A stretch of 63,739 bases of DNA, the filler included, from Guillardia theta CCMP2712 (taxonomy: Eukaryota; Protista; Cryptophyta): NCBI RefSeq assembly GCF_000315625.1. It is 9 parts of 9 records of this genome, joined end to end, with 100 filler letters (N's around TTAATTAATTAA, not from the genome) between each part and the next. Parts side by side here need not be neighbours in the genome. Positions count along the whole stretch, not along the records: positions 20,055 to 43,568 come from NW_005434623.1; positions 43,669 to 45,805 come from NW_005434606.1; positions 45,906 to 47,754 come from NW_005434542.1; 6 more parts are not named here. The stretch is one strand, 5' to 3'. Position numbers and translations under genes: made by a program. Below the pieces are notes generated by a model, which saw only the letters and a program-made list of their open reading frames with translations, was not told the origin of the DNA and did no database searches. Position 1 is the stretch's first letter. Every line of letters starts with the position of its first letter. Below, piece by piece: positions 35,100 to 46,520 of this stretch.

Positions 35100-35531
35100 A
35101 TGCTCAGCGATGAGCGGCAGGAGCCCTCGACAAGCAGCCTGCCACGTGCTCACTTCCCGTTGTCTGGCATACCTGCTCCTCCAAACACTGCAACGAGCAA
35201 CAACACAAGCGATCATCCATTTCTCCTTCTCCATACTCCTCTTCACCTCGCTGACGACATCCGGCTCCGGCGTACCATCAAGCCCTCTCCCGACTGGACC
35301 CTCTCCCAGCATGCTGCTCCTAGTCGCAGGGCAAGCTTTCCTCAGCTAGACAGTCTTCCCTCCGAGCAGCCCAAGAAGCGACGGCAGAGTGCGGGTCCGG
35401 GCGAGCTGCTGTGGAATAGCGTGATGCAGGCAAGATCTAAGGTTACGGAGTCAGTGACATTTGATATCACAAGCTTACATGCTCGATCAAACCTGGCGCC
35501 TTCGCTGGAAGCAAACTTGTCTGCGTCCTGA
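35100..35531 (+). CDS. Family 'X', copy 2
   Basis: Same ~62-aa core, with unrelated N- and C-terminal flanks. Confidence 0.7.
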   Translation: MLSDERQEPSTSSLPRAHFPLSGIPAPPNTATSNNTSDHPFLLLHTPLHLADDIRLRRTIKPSPDWTLSQHAAPSRRASFPQLDSLPSEQPKKRRQSAGPGELLWNSVMQARSKVTESVTFDITSLHARSNLAPSLEANLSAS

Positions 35532-35925
35532 GTGAGAAACAAGGAAAGCCATGGTCTCGGCTGACAGCTTCGTAGGCTTCAGCCCATTAGGGCCCTTGAA
35601 CCACTCCGTTGACTTTGGTGTGCCTGAGTGCCTGAACTTTTGTTGACTTAAATCACGTCTATACTTGTTCGTGAGACTTGCTGAGGTCATGTTGCATGTG
35701 ATTCACGCTGATCGAACAGTAGTAGACAGTTTCTTCGTAATTTGAATGAACTACTCTCCATCTCCACCTCCACCTCCACCTCCACCTCCACCTCCACCTC
35801 CATCTCCACAGCGTTGCTCCATTTCCTCCTTGTACAAACCGTCTGCCCCTTCTTGCAATTTTGCTGCTCCACCTCAGGTGAAGAAGCAGAAGCCTCCATG
35901 AGCATCTCTCCTTCCCTTCAATGCA

Positions 35926-36040
35926 CGTGCCATCAAGCCAACTTTTCCTCGGCTAGACAGTCGTCCCTCCGAGCAGCCCAAGGAGCGACGGCAGAGTGCG
36001 GGTCAGGGCGAGCTGCTGTGGAATAGCGTGTTGCAGGCAA
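35926..36040 (+). pseudogene. Family 'X' remnant (copy 4) with an internal deletion
   Basis: RAIKP-[SPDW...RRA deleted]-TFPRLDSRPSEQPKERRQSAGQGELLWNSVLQA; in-frame upstream TGA and no ATG. Confidence 0.7.
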
Positions 36041-37278
36041 AAGAAAATCAAACAATCTGCAAATATTTTCATTGGTTTTGGCCTTATTGGATAAGAGGGT
36101 TCGTGGTGCCCAGCAAACACGACACTCTACGAACAAAACACGTACAAACTCTGCAGAGCAATCAGTCGTTGATCTCAGGGACTCTGTCTCTACTTGTACT
36201 TACTTAGCAGGATCCGACATCTGCTCTTGACCTTGATCAGTTAGCGATGGCTGCTTGTAGGTACAAGTCCCAACCTATGCTTTGAGAAATGGAATTATTT
36301 GCATGAGGTACCATAATGAAACACGAAAACAGACAGCCACACGCATACATTCCCTCTCTTGTCTGGAAAAAGGACATGGCATCTGGTTTATTTGACAGAG
36401 AGAAAACTGTTCTCGTGATGAGATCATTTGCTTGATGTCTTGAAAATCCAAGTCGGTTGTATATCATGATTCAATGAGCCATAGTCAGAATATGAGAAGT
36501 GGCTCGATGATTTTTAGTGAAACTGGTTTCCAAAATGCATTATTCTAACCCGAAGTCTCATGACCTTCTTCTCCGCTCCATTTTCAAGCAGTTCATGTTC
36601 AGTTTTACACACACCATCGCATCCGTAGCATTCGAAATCTCTTGTTTTTATTGCGGAGCCGTACGACCACCAAATTTCTAAAGTCAACCAGGACAATATC
36701 AAAATCGAATCGTCCCAACGACTGTGTCTTTCGATTCGCATGACTGTGCACAACCACAACAGACTTTCTTTGGTGACTGTTAGCTCGTAATTTTTCCATG
36801 CCTCACACAGCTTGACGTGTGAGAGAGTGAATGAAATCACACACCTTCCCATGCTCTGCAAAATATGAATCAGTCACACCATGAAAAGCTGTTGGTTGTG
36901 CAATCACCGTTCTTCTATGCAGACTCATGACAGTGTAAGGAGATCAAGTAGATTCCATCAATAAGGCAGAGCAATGAAGTTTGCTGATCACTCGCCGGGA
37001 AGACAAAGACGGTGATGTCGTTTCGATGTGATCAACAAGGCCATGTGAACTCGTTAGCTCCCTATCCTCCGCATCGCAATCAAGGGGAAAAATAACGAAT
37101 GCTCTATTTCCTATGTGGAAGGCAGCAATCATCATTCCTACTGGAAACTAGATGTCCTCATCAAGATTTCCAATCATTTGATGAGGCAGGCCCGTTCAAT
37201 TAAAAAAAATGCAGCATGACTTTTGCCTGTTAGAAAAAAAGACTAAAAAACACTTAGCACATCCCCCCGGAGCAGCGC

Positions 37279-37943
37279 ATGGAGCAACGCCCGATCAAGA
37301 TCTTCCCCCGCAGGAAGCAAGGTCAGCCCTCCCGAGGCCCCGACGTCTACCTCACCCACGACCGCCTCGCCTCCTTCTTCCACATGCGCCAGAAAGACGC
37401 TGCCGAGAAGCTGGTAAGACCTCCTCTACACCATCCTTGAGTGAGCGTGGTTGTAAGAGCCAAGGAAAGGGGAGAGGGGGGGGGGAGGAGTTCTAAGAGG
37501 ATCTGAGGGGGAGTGAGAGTGCGATGCAGGGGATCTCGCTGACGGCGATGAGGAGCGCCTGCCGGCGTCTGGGGATCGAGCGATGGCCATACAGCAAGAG
37601 CGAGCGGGAGGAAGAGGAAGGAGGGAGCGGGGATGGTCAACAGGGGGAGCCGGCATCAATGGAGAAGTCATATGGGTCAAAAGCCAGTGTCGCCGAAGGA
37701 AAGGTGGAAATGGGTGAAGGAGCAGGGCGATCGCAACCTGATTTCGTTGAGCTGAACCAATTTGAAAGCTCTTCTTCCTGTCAGACCATCGATGGCAGCG
37801 TTGAGGGTACGGGAAGGAGCGATGAAATGTATGCTTGGATCAGCCAGGACGAGGTCCCTACGCCTGAAGTGCTGCCCCGGCCGCCGTCGGAAGCCTTCAT
37901 GAAATGGTATGCGAGCGTTCCTAACGAGTCTGAGGATGTCTAG
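37279..37943 (+). CDS. RWP-RK transcription factor (RWP4); intron 37414-37529
   Basis: Exon 1 identical to RWP3; GISLTAMRSACRRLGIERWPYSK; same C-terminus. Confidence 0.92.
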
Positions 37944-38599
37944 TGCGCGCCTGGAGAGTCACAACACAAGGAAGACAATTACCGGAAAGTCTTTTACTCC
38001 CGATGACGTCACTGGCCGTTTGCTGCTGCATCCTCTTGTTTAAAAGGATGGCAGGTTGGGTCGCAGGGGGCCTTGGTAGGCTTTTGTTGACTTTACGCTG
38101 CTGAGCATGAAATATGGCATTGTTGCTTGTTGCGTGTTGCCCTCGATCGGCGAGGCAACCATTTAACCTGTTTGTTGCTGATTGCAAGATTTGCAAGCAT
38201 GGATTTACCCAGTAAACATCATGGAGTGTGAAACCTTGATTGAAAAACAAGAAAAAATGATGATAAGTTTGATGATAGAATTGTGATTGTTTTCAGAATA
38301 CACACGAATGTTCCAGTTTACTTGCAAGATAGAATACAGTTCAATGATCCCTCACCTTTGACATCTCAAAACACTGGCATGCTCGTTTTTGCGCTACAAA
38401 TTCTCTTCTAAGCTCCAGAGCAACCATTCCCTAACAATGTCTACACTAAGAAAAGAGTCGTGAGAGTGATCATGCTCGATCTTTAGAATCTCTAGAGCAC
38501 AACATGCATTGGACATGCTCAGCACCTTCCCCTCCGCGATTCATTCTCTAGCGAACCATACATTGCAATATTCTTACGTGTGCTCATGCCTCTGCGCAT

Positions 38600-38920
38600 C
38601 CTCTATTGCATAGTCAGTCTTCGTCGCAAGTATACATGACGTCATAGCGATCGCAGTCCTCTTGCTTCTCCTCTTGCTCTGCAGTCACCTTATCTGCCGA
38701 GACAAAGAATGGTATTCGGTAAGATCAACCAGCTCTAGAGCGTCGCAGAAAGCATCTCAAGTTTCCTGTTCTTCTTCAAATCATACCTTGCCAACCAGTT
38801 GACAGGCGACGATGATGTTCGGAATGAGCTGGTGGCAGCTCGTGCTGACTGGGTAGTAAGGAGCGTATCGTTGTTCAGCAAGTTGCAAAGCTTGATTGGA
38901 CCAGCAGACACGATGCGTTG
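38600..38920 (+). CDS. Possible small single-pass membrane protein gene
   Basis: IHDVIAIAVLLLLLLLCSHLICRDKEWYS|SVAESISSFLFFFKSYLANQLTGDDDVRNELVAARADW|...; canonical GTAAG donor, start not found. Confidence 0.3.
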
Positions 38921-39255
38921 ACAAGAGGAAGACGAATTGTGACTGATGAAGGGCAGGATGACCGCATGGGATGACCGGGAGGGAGGGGGAAGGGTTGGCC
39001 AGTGACTCTTTCGGAGTTCGATTCCTTCTGGCTCTCTGTATCGCAACGCTTCCACCCAATGTTTACTACATGAATTTAGAGTGATACAAGAATACATGTT
39101 TTCAGCTTCTTGGGTCTGTAAGCTTCAATATCCGAAGATTCTAGAACAGTTGTAGAACGAACGTGTAGCACCTCCTCGTTTGCTCGGCAGGCTGCGCGGA
39201 AGGGAAAAGTTGCTCGTCTTTCACGAGCGGCGACCAAAACCATCCAGCATTCAAC

Positions 39256-39774
39256 ATGGCATCCGATTCGAGTACATGCCAACATGCGCACGATCAGCAC
39301 CAACAGCATCGACAACAACATCATCACCATGAGCCTCTACAGTCCGATCCATCTGAATCACACGACACTGATTTACAAGACCTCCCTGATGGACTCATAG
39401 CTGCAGTTTCTGCTCCTCTTGCCCCTGCTCATTCATCTCAGAACCCCACACTCGTTTCAATTGACATTCACCATTACATGCCCAACTCTCCTGCTCCTAT
39501 CCCCGCTTCTCCTCCTCCTCCTCCTGCTCCTACAAATCTGATAGAACTTGATCCAAACGACATCCGTCTTCGGCGTACCATCAAGCCCTCTCCCGACTGG
39601 ACCCTCTCCCAGCATGCTGCTCCTAGTCGCAGGGCAAGCTTTCCTCAGCTTGACAGTCTTCCCTCCGAGCAGCCCAAGAAGCGAAGGCAGAGTGCGGGTC
39701 CGGGCGAGCTGCTGTGGAATAGCGTGATGAAGGCAAGATCTAAGGTTACGGAGTCCAACTCCGAAGATGTTTGA
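39256..39774 (+). CDS. Family 'X', copy 3
   Basis: H/Q/P-rich N-terminus, then the conserved core; ends TESNSEDV*. Confidence 0.75.
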   Translation: MASDSSTCQHAHDQHQQHRQQHHHHEPLQSDPSESHDTDLQDLPDGLIAAVSAPLAPAHSSQNPTLVSIDIHHYMPNSPAPIPASPPPPPAPTNLIELDPNDIRLRRTIKPSPDWTLSQHAAPSRRASFPQLDSLPSEQPKKRRQSAGPGELLWNSVMKARSKVTESNSEDV

Positions 39775-40229
39775 GCAGCTTTGCTGGGAATCAATGACGA
39801 AGGAGTTTCTGATGAGAGCCCGACTGGAGACTGCTAGAGGACGATGCCGTGAGTTAGGGTTTATTTTCTTAGCGTCTGTTACCTGTGTGCGCGAATATGC
39901 TAGGGGCGGAGGGAGTGCGCTCAAATGAATGAAAACTTTCAAAAGTTGGCAACTCTTTGATTGTCTGTGGGATGAAGAAATCATTGTATTAATTGCCTCC
40001 ATGAGAAGCAGCACCTATGGCATCATCTTCAAGGTCGCACTGGCGGCATCCAGGTTGAACTAGTAACGGCACGTAGAGGATTCCAGCAGGCTTCTTGCAG
40101 GACCCAGCATCTTTTTCGCAACTTTCGTTACGGAGATTGAACGTATCATCGAGTCGTCGTATGGCGACAGTCTGATGAAGTGAGTGTTCGCAACTTTCAC
40201 TTGCAACTGTTGAACGGAGGCTCAGTCAC

Positions 40230-41060
40230 TAGGCGCTGAGCGGCGTACGGTCGTGTTTCGGTAGTATCATGCTCAGTTCACCACTGAGTCCGACTCTCAC
40301 TGCCGTCACTGTGCACTGACGGCGAAAGAGCCTCGCGGCAGTGCGCCGGCCCCACTCAGTGCCCAGCTCCAAACTTCCGGCAAGCCGCTCCCGTTCAGTA
40401 TGAAAAGTCACAAGTTACTTCCGAAGTTAGTCACTGGGGCTTGCCGCGTGCGGGGCGGCCACCCCGTGACCGGGTCACCTGGGTCGGAACTCGTCGGAAC
40501 TTCGGATCACCTCGGTGATCATAGTAAGCCGGCCGCGCTGGTAACCAGGTTGAGGGGGCCCGGACTCCGGGATCATCACTGCGCCGCGCCCGAACCGTTC
40601 AACGGTCGAAGGCTCCGAGTCACCGGGTTTCAAGCCAGAAGTTGACTGCTTCCGGCGCCGCCGGGCGGAGCCTATGACCCGGTCACGGTGGCAAGTTTAA
40701 GTTAAATTGGCTCTTAGATGATTCCATTATGATGCGGGCCGGCGCCCCGTGACTGCCCCCGGCCACGGGCCCGGCCGGCTCGGCGGTGACAGCGCCCAGC
40801 CGCCGGCGGCGGCGGCGGGCCCCCGGGGCGGCGGGGTGGGCTGTCACTCGTCAACCACACCCCCGCAGTGGCGGCCCCCCCCGGCCGGAGGCTTAGGCCG
40901 GGCCCGGACTGACCGTACCGTACGGTGGCAGCGCGGCCATTCAAGATTGATCAGATCGGACCGTCCGACCGGCGGCGGACCGGTCCGACGGGCCCCCCGG
41001 GGCCCGGGGGGGCCTGAGCGGTGACGCGGCCGCCTCCGTGATTGAGGGCCCTAAGGTCGG
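40230..41060. other. GC-rich intergenic island 4
   Basis: Same vocabulary; partial AAGTTTAAGTTAAA at ~40693. Confidence 0.7.
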
Positions 41061-41311
41061 GTAGGACTATTGACAAGATCGACATCATGGTGAAAGGTAA
41101 AAGGATATGCTTTATGGCATAGAGGATCAAATATAAACTTCTAGAGCTAGGGGTGGGCATACCGAGTCATGTGCTGATCTGGATTTCAGTGGGGTGGGGT
41201 ACCCAAGGCTCGTTTTGACCGGGGGGTGGGTGGACGATAACGGTCAAGTCAAGACACGATGATGCTGGCGATCGGAGGAAAACCTAGAGGATGCCGGCAT
41301 GCGGACAGGAA

Positions 41312-41455
41312 AGAGCAGGAGAGCAGGAGAGCAGGAGAGCAGGAGAGCAGGAGAGCAGGAGAGCAGCAGAGCAGCAGAGCAGCAGAGCAGCAGAGCAGCA
41401 GAGCAGCAGAGCAGCAGAGCAGCAGAGCAGCAGAGCAGCAGAGCAGCAGAGCAGG
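41312..41455. repeat. 8-bp microsatellite (GAGCAGGA)n/(GAGCAGCA)n
   Basis: Directly visible. Confidence 0.9.
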
Positions 41456-41667
41456 AGGATGACTGAAGGGATAGGAGTGATCAGACAGAGCACAAGCACG
41501 AGAAGGAGCAGAAGCGGGAGGTAAAGAACGAGCAGAGGTAGATTGGGCCCGAGGAGAAAAGAATACCTTAGGGACAACAAGATAGCAGGCAGAGTCGCGG
41601 GAAGCAGAGGCAGACATCAAACGTTGACTTCTTCATCCTCAAAGTGATCTTTCTCAGACACATAGGC

Positions 41668-43430
41668 ATGTTGCCAGGGAGCGTGTACGTGACGGAGAGA
41701 CCAGCGATGTCTGTCTTCAGCCACAAGGAGGTGAGAAGATATAGAGAATGCCGTCCTCCTTAACCTACTACGCATGCAGGCGCCTCCTGCCCACGAGCTC
41801 GATGCTATCGCTGGGGATATGTTCAGCCTGATCCAGGAGCTTAGGAGAATGTCGCAAGAGATCGGGCATCGTCACATCAGCAGAAGTATGGCACCAACTT
41901 GCCTTCTTCTTGGTACTGACTCTCTTGCGCAGTAGCAGATGATCTTGACAGGACTTTCTTCCGCCTCAAGGACTGGCAGAGTCGAAACTGCGCAGGGGCG
42001 TCGGGAGCAAGGAGCTCGTTGCTACTCCCTAAGTGCAGTCGGGAGCGGGAGGGAAGGAGGAATGGAACCCCCAAGCTCTTGAGTCCCTTCCTCTCAAGCG
42101 TTCGCTTCACTCCTCGACAGCTCTCTCTCTCCTTCTCAGCCCCTCCTGCCAGCCCCAGCACTAGCTGGATCCCTTCCTACCACCCAATGTCTGCTACACT
42201 CGGGAGAAGGGAGGAGCAAATTTCTCCTGTGCTCGTTGACTCTTCCTTCTCCTCTCCTCTATTTCCTTCGGGACAGGAACAGCGCAGGAGCGAGGGAGGA
42301 GGAAGGAGAGGGAGGGAGGGACAGCTGGGGCTCGAGGTGGACAAGCCATGGGGAGAGGAGGAGGAGGAAGAGGAGGAGGAGGAGGAGGAGGAGGAGGAGG
42401 AGGAGGAGCTCTGCAGTCTCATCTCAAGATCGCTGCACAGGGTGGGAGGGAGGAAGGAGGCAGAGGTTTCTATGTCTTCCCCTCCTGAACCTCCTCAGTC
42501 TCCCCCCAACGCACTCTTCTTACCCCCCCAGGCTATTGTCGACGACCATCCTTCCTCTAACCAGCCTCCTCCTCCTCGTTTTCCAAGCGCTTCAGACTCC
42601 TCCTCCTTCCCCTATCCTCTTCCTCGATCGGATCATAGACCTTCGTCGGCAGTACAGCTCCAGCCTGCTGCCTCCATCTCTCATCTTGCAGCTGCTGGCA
42701 AGCAGCTGGGACAGGCCAGGAAAGCTGAGGGAGGAGTAGCGGGCCACGTGAACAGCCTGGGGCTTTCTCCAACCGGCGTGCGAGGGCAGCAACGGAAGGG
42801 GGACGCGGAAGTGTGGCACATCAGAAGAGAGGAGGAGAGAGCAAAGAAGCAAAACAAGGAAGAGCAGCAGAGTCAGAGTCAGAGTCAGAGTCAGAGTCAG
42901 GGGAAAGAGGGCGACGAGGATAAGCTTAATCTGTTCACATGCCACAGTCTGTTCAACCTTCAGACAGCAGTGCCGAAACTGAGCATTCCCATGAGAGCTA
43001 AGGTGTACTCCCTTAGTTCAGCTCCTCCTCAGCCTCTGCTCTCTTCCTCTGTCTCCTCCTCTTTGCTCCCTTGTCTTCGTATCCTTGCGGTCTACTCCGT
43101 TCTATCCTCTCCTTCGGGCTTCCTTCCTCTTTCACCTCACAAGCCTTACTTCTTTCAGATCCCGCGGCTCTGGGACGCTGGTTCTACTCCCAAGAACCAG
43201 CACGAGGCAGAAAGAACGTCGGAGTCTGATGAAGAGGAGATGTTGATGGTTCAAGGTGAGCCCCCGTTGTTCTTTCATCCTCCCCCTCACCCTCATCTCC
43301 CTTCTTTGCCTCCTTCTATCCATCTTTGCTCTCCTTGCTGGCCATACCTCCTCCTCCTCCTCCTCCACCACCACCATTTGGAGATTCGTTTTCAGGCAAC
43401 TTTTGGGTATGAGGGTCATGAATTCCAGGG
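41668..43430 (+). CDS. Hypothetical low-complexity protein
   Basis: MLPGSVYV..HKE|APPAHELDAIAGDMFSLIQELRRMSQE..|VADDLDRTFFRLKDW.. then a long S/P/E-rich exon to ~43000. Confidence 0.5.
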
Positions 43431-43568
43431 TTCCCGAGTTCAGGGCCCGCTGTCCCCATCACCGTCACCGGGGTGACCCGGGGGCCGGCGCCGCCCGCCG
43501 GGTACAACTTCACTCGGCCGTCCCGGGCGCCCGGGGTGCGGGGCGGCCCTGCGGACGGTGTAGCTCAA

Positions 43569-43668
43569 NNNNNNNNNNNNNNNNNNNNNNNNNNNNNNNN
43601 NNNNNNNNNNNNTTAATTAATTAANNNNNNNNNNNNNNNNNNNNNNNNNNNNNNNNNNNNNNNNNNNN
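43569..43668. other. Artificial scaffold linker
   Basis: N44-TTAATTAATTAA-N44. Confidence 0.95.
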
Positions 43669-45805
43669 AGCTTGATAGTCGGATATAGCAGCGATCCACG
43701 AGCCCGTTCCCCCCCCTTGGTGTACTGACTTCGGGCTCTGGAGTTTTGCCTGGGATGCTTCGCCTCCTCCTCCTCCTCCTCCTCCTCCCTCCTCCCTCCT
43801 CCCTCCTACGTCCTCCCTCCTCCCTCCTCCCTCCTCCCTCCTCCCTCTACCCTTCATCCTAACCGTCTCCCCGTCCTCCGTTCGCCCCTCGTTGCCCCTG
43901 CCCCTGCCTTCTCCCTCCGTTTCTCGTCCTCCTGTCTTTCCTTGCTGGTTGTCAAAAGCCTTACGAGGCTTCCAGGTGTGTTCTGTGCGAAGAAAGAGAG
44001 CAAGCGAAGATTGTGCATGGCGACTGAAGTCACAACAACAACATTCATAACATGTACATGACATCTAGAACATGACCATGACGACTGAGATGATAACGTA
44101 GATGATGGCGGAATGCAGACAATCGGGCTAAGCACGGCAGTGCTTCATCAACATGTGTAGATAGCAGAGGTGAGATCTGCAATGATGTCATCGCTTTCTT
44201 CTAGACCCTCCCTTCCCCCTCCTTGTACTCCCTTGTTCTCTCTCTTTCCCATCCCCATCTTTCCTCCTTCCTTACTGTTCCTAGTCATAAAGAGCATGCG
44301 CTTCTCCTCCTCCACAGAGACTCCTGCCCTTGCTAGCCTTTCTCTCCTTGCTTTCTTTTCTTCTTCCTCTCCTCCTCCCCCACCTTCTCTACCTGCCCGC
44401 GAGTTGTCATAGCTGGAGGCTCCATTAGTCCGGGCAAGCAGAGCTGGAAGTTCCATCAGCAGACTCCAGCACTACCCCACCTGGTCCTCCTTCACCTTGG
44501 TGCTGCTCGTATAGCTTGTCAAACTCCACCTCCGCCGGCTCCAGCTGGAGATGGTCGTCCAGCACCTGCCCAGCTGGATTGCTGTCAAGAGCTGCGCCAG
44601 CGCCCTGCCTGTGCCCCGCCGACTGGAAGCTCGAGAGTCCGTAAGTGGACCCGGAGAACTGAGGGAGAGAGTGAGTGAGGCAGGCTGTGAAGCCCAAGCT
44701 CCCTTGGACTCTCCTTCCTCTTCCTTCGCCCTCTTCTCTCCAACCTTCCCCCATCCTTTGCTCCGTTTTCCTCCCTCCTTTCTCTTCCTGCTCCTTCTGC
44801 TATTCCTCACATTTTCCACAGCCCCTGTCCACATCCCCTCCTCTCCCTCCTCTCTCTCCCTCCCTCTCTCCCTCCTCTCTCTCCCTCCTCTCTCTCCCTC
44901 CTCTCTTCTCTTCCTGACCATGGAGGGCGGAGTGTTTCTCCTGCTCCCCTCGTCGAACAGCAGAGAGCTGAGCATCGCAGTCAACGGGACGCTGGCGGGA
45001 CGAGGAAGAGCCAACCCAGACGTGAGAGCAACAAGACAAGCAGGGAGGAGGAGGAGGAGGTCCAGGAGAGCAAGGCAGAGCAGAGCAAGGTGGACAGCAA
45101 AAAAGATGATGAGGAAGACGGGGAGGACGACGACGAGGACGAGCATGAGGATGACAAAGAAAAGGCAAGATAGAAGAATGTACCTTGCTTCACTGCCGGG
45201 GGTCGGACTTCTCAGCCTCTCCGAGTGCCACTCGGCCAGCTAAAGAGCGAAATCAAACTCCTCCTCTGCCCTCCCCTCCCCCTCCTCCTCCCCCTCCTCC
45301 CCCTCCCCTTCCTCCTCTCCCTCCACCGCCTCGCCTTCTCCTTCTACCCCTCGGACCTTCTCTGCAACGAGAGCTCCATGCTTGGAGAGGCGCTGCTGCC
45401 GATTCCTCCATATCCTGAGGAAAGGTAAGACAGAGAATGAGAGGGAGGAGAGGAGGGGCAGGTGGAATAAAATCGAAGGAGAAGAAGATGATGAGATGGG
45501 GAAGAGGGAGGAGGGAGGAGGGAGGAGAGGGGGCGAGAAGGGGAAAGAGGTGGGAGGGTGGAGGGAGNNNNNNNNNNNNNNNNNNNNNNNNNNNNNNNNN
45601 NNNNNNNNNNNNNNNNNNNNNNNNNNNNNNNNNNNNNNNNNNNNNNNNNNNNNNNNNNNNNNNNNNNGCCATGGATGTCCCCGACACTGCTGGTCGGACA
45701 GGTCTGGGAGAGAGAGAGTGCAGCCGCTCCCGCAGCTTCTTGATCTGATGCCCGTCGCAGTGAGCCATGCGGATCAAGTTGCTTCTACCAAACAGCCAGC
45801 ACTTA
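43669..45805 (-). CDS. Partial multi-exon hypothetical gene
   Basis: Short exons (GYGGIGSSASPSMELVAEK|LAEWHSERLRSPTPGSEA|SGLALPRPASVP..|..VLDDHLQLEPAEVEFDKLYEQHQ) between purine/pyrimidine introns. Confidence 0.4.
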
Positions 45806-45905
45806 NNNNNNNNNNNNNNNNNNNNNNNNNNNNNNNNNNNNNNNNNNNNTTAATTAATTAANNNNNNNNNNNNNNNNNNNNNNNNNNNNNNNNNNNNNNN
45901 NNNNN
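45806..45905. other. Artificial scaffold linker
   Basis: N44-TTAATTAATTAA-N44. Confidence 0.95.
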
Positions 45906-46175
<270 letters not shown>

Positions 46176-46520
46176 TGAAGTTTCGAAGTGGGCAGGTTTA
46201 TTTTCCTTCCGACCCATGGCAGGCGGGAGCAGGTGCGGAGGAGGAGGAGGAGGAGGAGGCGGAGGCGGAGGCGGAGGAGGAAGCGGAGGAGGAGAATGAA
46301 GAGTGGAGGAGATCATGATGGAGGAGGAAGATCAGGAGCAGGAGCAGGAGCAGAAGCAGAAGCATGAGCTGGCAAGAGAAGAGGGAGGAGCATGAGAAGC
46401 AGGCGATGAACTCGGAGGAGGCTAGTGGAAAAGAAAATTTGGAAGTGGCGGGAAAGAAACATCTCTATCTTTCTCTCTGTTTCTCTTAACCTTCATCTCG
46501 TTGACTTGCTCCCTTGGCAG

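Noticed and set aside
39457-40014. Antisense reading of the X core as the real protein
   Set aside because: Substitutions are synonymous in the DIRLRR frame, and the antisense frame has a stop in X1 and X2.
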